Below, one piece after another: positions 38,354-47,900 of a stretch of DNA of 64,000 nt. The notes below the pieces were generated by a model that was not told the DNA's origin, ran no database searches, and worked only from the letters and a program-made list of their open reading frames with translations. A program made the position numbers and the translations under genes. Source of the DNA: an uncultured Eubacterium sp. GTDB lineage: Bacteria; Bacillota; Clostridia; Lachnospirales; CAG-274. How positions within the stretch are numbered: the stretch's first letter is position 1; each line of letters opens with the position of its first letter. Location of the stretch: assembly GCA_900545305.1 (NCBI GenBank), contig UQYD01000005.1:5618-69617 (forward strand), read 5' to 3'.

Positions 38354-41300
38354 ATGAAAAAATTCAAAAAAAGCATAAGCAGTTTACTTGCCTTTGTTAT
38401 GGCTGTAGGACTTATGCTTTGTAACGTAGTTGTTGCAAGTGCTTCAACAGCAACTACATGGAATTTTGGCTCAGGCTCTAGTTATAGAAATAACAGTAGC
38501 TATACTCAGACACTGGAGAGAGATGGGTCAGCAGAATATGACGGATTAAAAGTTACTACTACAAGCTCTGCCGGTAAGTTTTCTCTGTCTAATGCTAGTT
38601 GGGCACAAGTAAATACAGGAACACAATTTGATATTCCTGTAGAAGGAAATTCTACTATTACAGTTGCAACATATGCTTCAAGTATGGCATTTACTTATGG
38701 TGGTGATACAGTATCAGCAGAAAACAATGTTCTTACTGTGGATTACACAGGTGATAGTGGTTATGCAACTTTAGTGGCTGTAGACAGTAGCTACATAAGC
38801 TCTATTACAGTAACTCCTGTAGCTGATGAAGATGCTCCAACAGCTTTTGCTGATGAATGGAACTTTAGAAGTGGTTCATCATTAATAAATAACGGAGTAA
38901 CATTACAGAAAACTACAGGTACAGTTACTCAAGGTGATGCTGTTTTAAAGATTGATGCCACAAGTGGTAAATGGAGTACAGCTAGAAGTGATTGGGCACA
39001 GGTAAATGCCGGTGTTAAAATTGAAGTGCCGGTAAATACAGGTGTTTATACAATATCTGCAACAACTTATGGCGAAAATGTGGATATGACAATTAACGGA
39101 GTAAGCACAAGCTCAGGTACAGCTAAATGTGCCTACGGTATTGTAAATAACTCAAGTGCAAAGTATATTCCAATAGTTATTAACAGCACTAACTACTTAG
39201 GTGTTATTAAAGTAACAAAGGAAACAGAGCTTACTATTCCTGTTACAATAAGTGGTTCATTAGGAAGTTCAAAGGTAATATTTACAGATTCTTTAACTGG
39301 TACTGAATACACTTCTGTTTCAGAAAGTGGAAATGTTACTTTATTAAAAGGACATACTTACACTGTAAGTACAGATAATTCAAATATTAGTGCTAAAATT
39401 GACGGAAGCAATACATTCACACCAGCTGATACTACAGCAAAAACTATTACTGTTGAAGGTTCAGCAGATATAACTGTTTCCGGTAAGATTACAAGTAAGG
39501 ACAATGCTTTACAGGCAAGCAATATTACAAGCCTTACATTTGTAAATATGAATGATTCAAGTGTTACAGGTACAGCTACAGTAAACGATGACCTTACATA
39601 CAGTGTTGAACTTAAAGCAGGTGATTACGACACAGTTGCTGTTACAAACAATGGTTACTATACAAGTAACAGAGTAAAGGTTGGAGAAACAGCAATTACA
39701 GATGAAGAAGTGTACTTTACAAAGAGTACATATGAAACTTATTGTTTGCCAATAGATTTAAAGAGCAGTTCTCCGGCTTTAACATACAGCAGTGGCATTT
39801 CATATAACAATGACACTTCCGTAAAGGCAAACAGTGGCACTACAATTACAGTTCCTGTAAATGGAAAGCAAAAGGTTACAGTTGCTGGTTGGTATTCAGG
39901 TACTTGGAATATAAATGGTTTAAATTCTGTTTCAGCAAGTAAGGACTATAATGCAAGTAATCCAGCTACAAATTCATATATAACAGATGGTAGTGAAACA
40001 ACAGTTACTGTAAACATTACAGCAAACAACACATATCTTTACTGGATAAATGTTGAAGACTATAGTGCTGTTTCATACACAAACATTATTAATGTTCCTG
40101 GTGATTACGATACACTTACAGAGGCTGTTTCTGCAATTCACAATATGACAGACAGACCTGACGGTGAAGCCGGTAGAGTTGTAATTAACCTTAAAGACGA
40201 TATTCAGGAACAGGTACTTGTAGATACACCTTATGTTAGTATCAGAGGTAATGGACACACTATTTCTTGGTACTATGGTACAACAGGCAAATACTATTCT
40301 GTTGACCAAAATGGCTACTACAACGAAGAACTTTTCCACGACAAGTATGAATTGACAAGTGCAAGTGGAAGCCTTTGTGGTGGTGTAGTAATCGTAAAGG
40401 GTGACTACTTCTATGCTGAAAATGTTACATTTAAAAATACTTACAACTATGAAGTAACAGACAAGGAAGTTGAAGACGGTGCTGTTCAGACTTTAAGCAC
40501 AGGAGATGTTACAAGAACAAAGGGAACTGACGTAACAGCTTATGCTTACAAGGAAAGAGCTAATGCCCTTATAACAGACGCAAATTATATTGAATGTTAC
40601 AAGTGTAATATTTTAAGTAGTCAGGATACTTTAGGCGTAAATGGTCAGAGAAGTAACACTTATGCTTATTTCAAGGAATGTAAAATTGGTGGTAATGTAG
40701 ATTATATTTGTGGTGGTGGAAATATGGTATTTGATGACTGTACACTTGAACTCTACGGATATAGTGACAAGGGAAATGCCGGCTATATTACAGCAGCACA
40801 AAATACAAAGTATTTATTTAGAAATTGTACTGTAACAGGCAATGACAATGGAAATTCTACACAGGCTACAGCATACTATGGCAGACCTTGGGCATCAGGT
40901 GCTGATGTTAAGTTTATAAATACTCAGACAAATGGTCGTGTAGTTGCAAGTGGTTGGGCAGATTGGTCTAATGGTACAACAGCAGAAGATGCTACAGGTT
41001 TTGGCGAATACTGTAACTTAAATAGTGACGGTACTGAATTTAAGTCAAGTATTACATCTAAACAGCTTACAGCAACACAGTACAACAGTATTATTGAAAC
41101 AGTTGAAAGCGACTACTTAGGAAGTTGGATACCAGCTCATTATGCACCGATTATGGCTGTAAACAATAGTGGTTCTGTTGGAACAGATGCTATTAACAGT
41201 GTTAAAATAAATAGTGGCAATGATTTATTGCTCTATAGCTTTATAAATGACGACAGTCTTGAAAATGCCAGTGAAATTGGTTATGTGCTTTCTACATTGA

Positions 41301-41533
41301 ATAGCCTTTTCAACAAAGACACAGTTTATACAGATGAAAATGCTTATAAGAAAATAGTATACACAGACGAAAATGGTGCAGAGGGTACAATAACAGCTCC
41401 TGAAAATATGAGTATATTTGCCTATGTTGTCAATGATGTTAGTGGTAGTACAGATACATTATATGCAAGAACTATTCAAAAAATTGATGGCATCAGTACA
41501 TATGGTATATGTGCTGAAATATCACTTGGTTAA
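38354..41533 (+). CDS. Secreted carbohydrate esterase family 8 (CE8) pectin methylesterase. It has an N-terminal tandem uncharacterised ~120-aa module and extra beta-rich domains.
   Basis: Pectinesterase motifs are 'SQDTLGV', 'GNVDYICGGG' (G-x-VDFIFG) and 'YYGRPWASGADVKF' (YLGRPW). The ATG at 38354 lies behind an AAGGAGG RBS. A signal peptide MKKFKKSISSLLAFVMAVGLMLCNVVVASA is present. Confidence 0.8.
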   Translation: MKKFKKSISSLLAFVMAVGLMLCNVVVASASTATTWNFGSGSSYRNNSSYTQTLERDGSAEYDGLKVTTTSSAGKFSLSNASWAQVNTGTQFDIPVEGNSTITVATYASSMAFTYGGDTVSAENNVLTVDYTGDSGYATLVAVDSSYISSITVTPVADEDAPTAFADEWNFRSGSSLINNGVTLQKTTGTVTQGDAVLKIDATSGKWSTARSDWAQVNAGVKIEVPVNTGVYTISATTYGENVDMTINGVSTSSGTAKCAYGIVNNSSAKYIPIVINSTNYLGVIKVTKETELTIPVTISGSLGSSKVIFTDSLTGTEYTSVSESGNVTLLKGHTYTVSTDNSNISAKIDGSNTFTPADTTAKTITVEGSADITVSGKITSKDNALQASNITSLTFVNMNDSSVTGTATVNDDLTYSVELKAGDYDTVAVTNNGYYTSNRVKVGETAITDEEVYFTKSTYETYCLPIDLKSSSPALTYSSGISYNNDTSVKANSGTTITVPVNGKQKVTVAGWYSGTWNINGLNSVSASKDYNASNPATNSYITDGSETTVTVNITANNTYLYWINVEDYSAVSYTNIINVPGDYDTLTEAVSAIHNMTDRPDGEAGRVVINLKDDIQEQVLVDTPYVSIRGNGHTISWYYGTTGKYYSVDQNGYYNEELFHDKYELTSASGSLCGGVVIVKGDYFYAENVTFKNTYNYEVTDKEVEDGAVQTLSTGDVTRTKGTDVTAYAYKERANALITDANYIECYKCNILSSQDTLGVNGQRSNTYAYFKECKIGGNVDYICGGGNMVFDDCTLELYGYSDKGNAGYITAAQNTKYLFRNCTVTGNDNGNSTQATAYYGRPWASGADVKFINTQTNGRVVASGWADWSNGTTAEDATGFGEYCNLNSDGTEFKSSITSKQLTATQYNSIIETVESDYLGSWIPAHYAPIMAVNNSGSVGTDAINSVKINSGNDLLLYSFINDDSLENASEIGYVLSTLNSLFNKDTVYTDENAYKKIVYTDENGAEGTITAPENMSIFAYVVNDVSGSTDTLYARTIQKIDGISTYGICAEISLG

Positions 41534-41560
41534 TTGAATTGTGGATAGGAGGCAAAATAT

Positions 41561-41710
41561 ATGAAAAAAACATATTATAATCCAGAGGTTAGTATTGTAG
41601 AATTTAAAGCAAATGACAAAACAAATTTAAATGCTTTATCAGTAGGTGGAACAAATGCAGCTTCTACAAATCAATTGAAGAACGTAAGTTTAAATGGCTT
41701 AAATAAATAA
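41561..41710 (+). CDS. Small ORF (49 aa, no Cys), a possible small protein or peptide.
   Basis: A strong RBS GGAGG lies 9 nt upstream. The product is MKKTYYNPEVSIVEFKANDKTNLNALSVGGTNAASTNQLKNVSLNGLNK. A strong terminator follows immediately. Confidence 0.3.
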   Translation: MKKTYYNPEVSIVEFKANDKTNLNALSVGGTNAASTNQLKNVSLNGLNK

Positions 41711-41712
41711 TA

Positions 41713-41748
41713 AAAATTCGAGGTGGTTAAGGCTACCTCGAATTTTTG
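41713..41748 (+). terminator. Rho-independent terminator.
   Basis: An 11-bp stem ATTCGAGGTGG/CTACCTCGAAT is followed by TTTTTG. Confidence 0.8.
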
Positions 41749-41822
41749 TCTTAAGGGAGTATATTCAAGAAAAAACAGGGCAAAAATTTAGTATATAGAT
41801 TTAAAATTAACTTATTTAACTG

Positions 41823-42000
41823 AAATGTAAATTTGTCGAATTATAGCAAGTAAATGCACTTGGAAACAACTGGTTAAATGTAAATTGTGGTATAGACAAG
41901 TGTATAAAAAAATGTTATAATAAAAATCACGGATAGTTTAATTTGGGTTAGAATACCGTATTTTTGCAATCGGTTTTTTTAGAAAGAGAAATTTACATTT
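41823..42000 (+). promoter_or_regulatory. Promoter (tagaca-N17-TGtTATAAT at 41893-41921) flanked by three copies of an 11-mer AAATGTAAATT. This is a candidate operator set.
   Basis: Exact copies occur at 41823-41833 and 41876-41886 (direct) and 41990-42000 (inverted, next to the RBS of the downstream gene). Confidence 0.4.
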
Positions 42001-42019
42001 CAAAGAATGAGGTAATTAA

Positions 42020-43066
42020 ATGAAAAAATTAGTAATCGGTGATTTAGTAGCCAAGGTACCCATTATACAGGGTGGTATGGGCGTAGGCGTCAGCCTTGGT
42101 GGACTTGCCGGAGCAGTTGCCAAAGAGGGCGGCATAGGGGTTATTTCTGCAGCTCAGCCTGGTTTCAGAGAAGATGATTTTTATACTAATACATTTGAAG
42201 CCAATATGAGAGCCTTAGAAAGAGAAATTAAAAAAGCTAAGGAAATTTCAAATGGTGGTATTGTTGGTGTAAATATTATGGTTGCTGTTACACATTACAG
42301 CGATTTTGTAAAGTGCTGTATTGATAGTGGTGCTGACATTATTATTTCTGGTGCAGGTCTTCCTATGGACCTTCCTAAATTTGCTGAAGGCAGTGATATT
42401 AAATTAGCTCCTATTGTATCTTCAGCTAAAGCCTGTAAGCTTATACTTGGCAGATGGATTAAGAAATTCAATAAGGTTGCTGACCTTGTTGTTATTGAAG
42501 GTCCAAAGGCCGGTGGTCATTTAGGCTTTAAGGTAGACGAAATATCTGAAAAGCAGGATAATTATGACAACGATATAAAGGAAATAATTGCCTGTGTTAA
42601 GGATTTTGAAGAAAGTACAGGAAAGAAAATCCCAGTAGTTTTTGCTGGTGGTGTTTTTGATAGAAAAGATATTGACCATTGTTTTGAATTAGGTCTTGAC
42701 GGTGTTCAGATGGCTACTCGTTTTGTAGCAACAGAAGAATGTGATGCTGATGTAGCATTTAAGCAGGCTTATGTTGATGCAAAGCCAGGAGATGCTGTTA
42801 TCGTTAAAAGTCCTGTAGGTATGCCGGGTAGAGCGTTAAACAACAACTTTATTGCCAATGTTGTGCCACAGGGTTGTAAAATAAAGAGATGCTTCAACTG
42901 TCTTACTCATTGTGACCCTAAGACAATACCATACTGTATTTCACAGGCACTTTTCAATGGTGCAAATGGTGATATTGACCATGGTCTTATTTTCTGTGGT
43001 GCAAATGTTGCAAAGGTAGATAAAATAACTACTGTCCACGAAATTTTTGAAGAACTTACAAAATAA
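42020..43066 (+). CDS. NAD(P)H-dependent flavin oxidoreductase of the nitronate monooxygenase / FabK-like family, with a C-terminal Cys cluster.
   Basis: 'PIIQGGMGVGVSLGGLAGAVAKEGGIGVIS', 'GGHLG' and 'AGGVFD...VQMATRFVATEE' parallel FabK/NMO motifs. The C-terminus has CFNCLTHC...C. Confidence 0.65.
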   Translation: MKKLVIGDLVAKVPIIQGGMGVGVSLGGLAGAVAKEGGIGVISAAQPGFREDDFYTNTFEANMRALEREIKKAKEISNGGIVGVNIMVAVTHYSDFVKCCIDSGADIIISGAGLPMDLPKFAEGSDIKLAPIVSSAKACKLILGRWIKKFNKVADLVVIEGPKAGGHLGFKVDEISEKQDNYDNDIKEIIACVKDFEESTGKKIPVVFAGGVFDRKDIDHCFELGLDGVQMATRFVATEECDADVAFKQAYVDAKPGDAVIVKSPVGMPGRALNNNFIANVVPQGCKIKRCFNCLTHCDPKTIPYCISQALFNGANGDIDHGLIFCGANVAKVDKITTVHEIFEELTK

Positions 43067-43085
43067 TTTTTAGAGGTATAGATTT

Positions 43086-43877
43086 ATGAATGATTTAAAC
43101 GTAGATAACAAAAAATTGATTGACGCAATGAAGATGATGCGTGAAAATCCAACTGAAATTGTAAAAAATGAATTTCTTGAACAGGTTTTTGCAGCTAACT
43201 TTATTGTTCCGGCAACTATTACTCCAGAACCAGTAGACGGTAAAATTCTTGAAGATTCTAAGATTTCTTTCTTCTTCTTACAGAATAAAGAAAAGAAGAA
43301 CTATATTTTAACTTTCTCTGCTCCAGAACAGTACCTTTTCTGGAAGGAACACAGAAGAGATACTAGCAAGAAGGTTACTGTTTTAAACTATGGTTATGAC
43401 CAGCTTGCAAAGATTGTTATGGATTATCCTACACTTTTCGGTGGTTTCCTTATTGACCCTAACGGCTACAACTTTGCTATTGAAAGTGACCTTATTCGTG
43501 ATATTGATAAGGCTAAAAATCCAGAAGTTGCAGTTGAGCCTGTAAGAATTCTTCCTAAGGAAGGTATGGGTCTTGAACCAGCTGACCCTAAGGGTCTTGA
43601 ACCTTTATTAGAAGCAATTTCTAAGTATTTAGATACTGAAAATAGTGTTAGAGCTGCTTACCTTATGAAAACTGTAAGAAGAGGCGATACGCTTCCTACA
43701 CTTATTGTTGTAGTTGACTTCGTAGGTGGTAGAATGAAGTACCTCTTTGATGGTATTGCTACAGTTGCAAGAGGTACTGTTGATAATTGTGAATCACTTG
43801 GTCTTATGCCAGCAAGTGACAAGATTGCAGGACATGCAATCGAAAATGTAGAACCATTCTACAAGAAAAAGAAATAA
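43086..43877 (+). CDS. Hypothetical protein, possibly SseB-family.
   Basis: Size and two-domain pattern resemble the SseB family, but this is weak recognition only. No signal peptide. Confidence 0.3.
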   Translation: MNDLNVDNKKLIDAMKMMRENPTEIVKNEFLEQVFAANFIVPATITPEPVDGKILEDSKISFFFLQNKEKKNYILTFSAPEQYLFWKEHRRDTSKKVTVLNYGYDQLAKIVMDYPTLFGGFLIDPNGYNFAIESDLIRDIDKAKNPEVAVEPVRILPKEGMGLEPADPKGLEPLLEAISKYLDTENSVRAAYLMKTVRRGDTLPTLIVVVDFVGGRMKYLFDGIATVARGTVDNCESLGLMPASDKIAGHAIENVEPFYKKKK

Positions 43878-44059
43878 TTATTGATAAATAAATATTTGTT
43901 TATATATAAGCTGTCATATAATTGATTTTTATGACAGCTTATTGTTTTGTGTACAAAAGTAGTAAATAAGCTATATTAAAGTAAGAGTATTCTTTATTTT
44001 TTAATGAAAATAGTGTATAATATTTTCAGAATTCGCACAGAGAAAAAGGAGGATTATTG

Positions 44060-44974
44060 ATGCAGAAATTTGTAGGTAATGTAAAGCTGAATTTGGATTA
44101 TTATTCTGGTGAAGATTTATACAGCGATGGAGATATTGAAAATGAGATTTTGGACATTGTAAAAAACTACAAGCCAGAAGAATATAATTCAGTTATTAAC
44201 TCAAGAGCAAATTGGCCTGTACTATATCATTTATCTCCTATAAGAACAAATTGTGTAGAGTGGATAGATATTGAAAAGACAGATAGTGTGTTGGAGATAG
44301 GTGCTGGCTGTGGAGCGATTACAGGTGCTTTGGCTAAAAAGGCTAATAGTGTTACTTGCGTAGAGCTTTCTAAGAGAAGAAGTACAATAAATGCTACAAG
44401 AAATAAGGAATTTGATAATATAGAAATTTTCGTGGGAAATTTTCAGACTGTAGAAAAGGATTTAGGTCAATTTGATGTTATTACACTTATAGGGGTTTTA
44501 GAGTATGCCCAATACTATATTTCATCAAAGAAACCATATGAGGAATTTTTAAAAATAGTTCTTAAGCATCTTAAACCAAATGGAAAACTTATATTGGCAA
44601 TAGAAAATAAGTTGGGAATGAAATATTGGGCAGGATGCAAAGAGGACCACAATGGTGGATATTTTGAATCTATTGAAAATTATCCAAATAATAAAGGTGT
44701 TAGAACTTTTTCAAGAGGTGAGCTTGAAAAAATGTTTATAGACACAGGATATTCAAATCACGAATTTTATTATCCTTATCCGGATTATAAATTACCTATG
44801 GCTATTTACAGTGATAAGTTTTTGCCTAGCTTAGGTGATTTGAGAAATAATATGAGAAATTTTGATGGTGACAGAGTTATTCTTTTTGATGAAGGAAAGG
44901 CTTTTGATAATATTATTGAGAATGGATTGTTCCCTGAATTTTCTAATTCATTTTTGGTTATTGCGTACAAGTAG
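44060..44974 (+). CDS. Class I SAM-dependent methyltransferase.
   Basis: Motif I is 'VLEIGAGCGAITGALA', followed by the acidic motif II 'VTCVELS' and motif III 'FDVITLIGVLEY'. The ATG at 44060 has an AAGGAGG RBS. Confidence 0.7.
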   Translation: MQKFVGNVKLNLDYYSGEDLYSDGDIENEILDIVKNYKPEEYNSVINSRANWPVLYHLSPIRTNCVEWIDIEKTDSVLEIGAGCGAITGALAKKANSVTCVELSKRRSTINATRNKEFDNIEIFVGNFQTVEKDLGQFDVITLIGVLEYAQYYISSKKPYEEFLKIVLKHLKPNGKLILAIENKLGMKYWAGCKEDHNGGYFESIENYPNNKGVRTFSRGELEKMFIDTGYSNHEFYYPYPDYKLPMAIYSDKFLPSLGDLRNNMRNFDGDRVILFDEGKAFDNIIENGLFPEFSNSFLVIAYK

Positions 44975-44985
44975 GAGGAAATACT

Positions 44986-47900
44986 GTGAAAGAGGTATTA
45001 TTTACTAAATATTCAAATGAGCGAGACCCTCGCTTTGCTATAAGAACATCCATTATAGAAGATAGTAAAAAAAATAAAAGATATGTTGAAAAGACTGCTG
45101 TTACAAAAGAGGCAGAAGAACATGTGCAAAATATGCTTGTGGCATATGAAAAATTATCAGAATATTACAAAGATACAGATGTACAGTTTAGCAAGTGCAA
45201 GATAAAAAATGGCGTAGCTGTATTTGACTATATAGACGGAGATTCTTTAGGAGATAAGTTTGAGGAACTTGTAGAAAATGAAGACTACAAAGGAATTTTA
45301 GAACTTTATAAGTCTTTTGAAGATATTGTGAAAAAGGGTTCAGGATTAGAGCCTTTTGTTATGACTGAAAAGTTTAAGGAAGTTTTTGGAGATATTACTT
45401 TGCCTGACGGACTTATGGCAAGAGAATACTCAAATATTGATTTGATTTTTGAAAACATAATTTTAGGCGATAAGTATACAATTATTGATTATGAATGGAG
45501 CTTAGATTTTCCTGTGCCTATTGAATATATAATGTTCCGTTCAGTATTTACATTTATGTATGTAAAAAATCACAATAGTCTTATACAGAGGGATTTATTT
45601 TCATTCTTAGGTTTTTCTGAAAAAGAAAGAGAAATCTATATGAAAATGGAAGAAAACTTCCAAAAATATGTTACTAGAAATGCTCATCCTTTATCCTATG
45701 TATACGATAAAATAAGGGGTAATAATTATGATTTAAGCAGTGCCATTGAAAAAATAAATCAGGAAAATGCTGATTTGTGTCTTACACAGGTATACTATGA
45801 TTTAGGTAATGGATATAGCGAAGAAAATAGTTATAAACAGTTCTATAATTATAATCAGGATATAAATTTTACTATTTCTGTCGATGAAAAAGTTAAAAAT
45901 TACAGATTTGACCCAACTTGTGTATTTAGCCTTGTAAATATTAAAAAATGTATAGGGGTTAAAAATGGTGGAATTTATGACTTGGAATTTAAGACTAATG
46001 GCTATAGAAACAAAAATACTATTGTTTTTGATACAGTAGACCCACAGATAAATTTTGAAAATTTTGAAGAAAATACTGAAAAAATAGAAATAGTATATAA
46101 TGTTATGCCATTAACAGAAAGAACAGTTAATGACTATGCCAGAGCTATATGCGATAAAATTTCTGCTGAAGATAAATATAGTGAACAAATTTCTTATGTC
46201 AATAAACTTGAAAGTGAAAAAAATCATCTTACTGGCTTAAACAAGGATTTGAAGGATAAAAATGTTATTCTTGAGGTAAGTAAGGCTGAATTAGAAAAGC
46301 ATAACAAAGAAATGCAAAATGAAAACGAAAATCTTAACAGAAAGATTAATTTGCTTGAAAGTTCCTATGATGCCTTAAAGAGAAATGCTGATGCTATGAA
46401 CAATAACATCAATGGGTTAAATGGTGAAATTGAAAGCCTTAGAATACAGCTGAATAATGTAAATAATGATTATAATGCAGTTTTAAATTCAAGAATATGG
46501 AAAACTACAGCTGGATACAGAAGAAGTGTTGGCAAATTAAAGCAGTATATTGGAACTCATAAATGGACACTTCAAATGTATTTAGTATACAGAAGTCTTA
46601 AGGTTGATGGAATAAAAACAACTTTGCACAGAGTTATTAATAGGTTAAAGGGTGTTCAAAATAGTGTAAGTATGCCAGTAGCTACAAACTATGGTGAATT
46701 AAGAGAAAACACTCTTGACTTAAATGCTATTAAACCTTTAGAAACTTTGGATAAGACTATAGCCATACATCTCCATTTATACTATGTTGATTTATTAGAA
46801 GAATTTTTTGAATATTTTACAAATATGCCTTATAAATTTGACCTTTATGTTTCTTGTAAAGAGGGTAGTGACATTAAGGCAATAACACATAAATTTAAAA
46901 AATTGAAGAATGTAGGCAAGGTAGATGTAAGATACACTATAAACAGAGGTAGAGATATAGCACCTTTGTATGTTCAGTTTGGTGCTGAAATTGAAAAATA
47001 CGATTATTTCTTGCACATTCATTCAAAAAAATCCCTTCATTCCGGCTCTGAAATGCTAGACTGGAGAAAAAATAGTATGAATTGCCTTTTAGGTTCTCCG
47101 GAAAGAGTTAAAAAAATATTTGCTATGTTTGAGGGAGATACAAAGGCAGGTATTGTTTGTCCGGAAACAAGTAATGTTATGGGACCAATAGCATCTCACT
47201 GGTTAAGAAATACAGCAGAAGGCAGAAAATTGTTAAACAGAATGGGAATACCTTATAGTGGTGGATTTTTCAGTTATCCTATTGGTAGTTTCTTCTGGGC
47301 TAAAACTGAGGCACTTCGTCCTGTTTTTGATATGAAGTTAAAGTATGAAGACTTCCCTCAGGAGGCAGGACAGATAGATGGTACAGTAGCCCATGCTCTT
47401 GAAAGAGCAGTTGCCTTTGTATGCAAACATAAGGGCTACAATTTGGCTATACTTGATAATGACGACAATGTTGTCAGAATTAACAGAACAGTTAAGTCAT
47501 TCTATTCTTATTTTGCTTGTAGAATGGAAGATGTATTTAATTTCTTAAACAGAAAAGAAGTTATTTCATTTGATATTTTCGATACTCTTATTACAAGACT
47601 TATTTATAATCCAGATGATATTTTTATGCTTATGGAGAGAAAAATATATAATAAGTATAATTTAAAGTTGGATTATTTAAAGGTCAGAAAAGAAGCAGAG
47701 GCAAAAGCTGTAACACAAAAGGGTGCATTCTGTAATATTCACGATATATATGACTATATGCCGGACAAAAAACTTGGTATTACTAAGGAAATGGCTGAAG
47801 AATTTAAGGAAATGGAAATTTCTCTTGAATTGGATTTATGTGTTCCGAGACGTGATATTCAGAAAATTTTTAATATGCTTAAAAATGCCGGCAAAAAAAT

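Noticed and set aside
42800-43066. C-terminal Cys cluster (CFNCLTHC...C) of the NMO/FabK-like protein as a separate ferredoxin gene or gene fusion.
   Set aside because: It is continuous with the NMO-domain reading frame, with no internal start or RBS. It is most simply a metal or Fe-S binding extension of the same protein.
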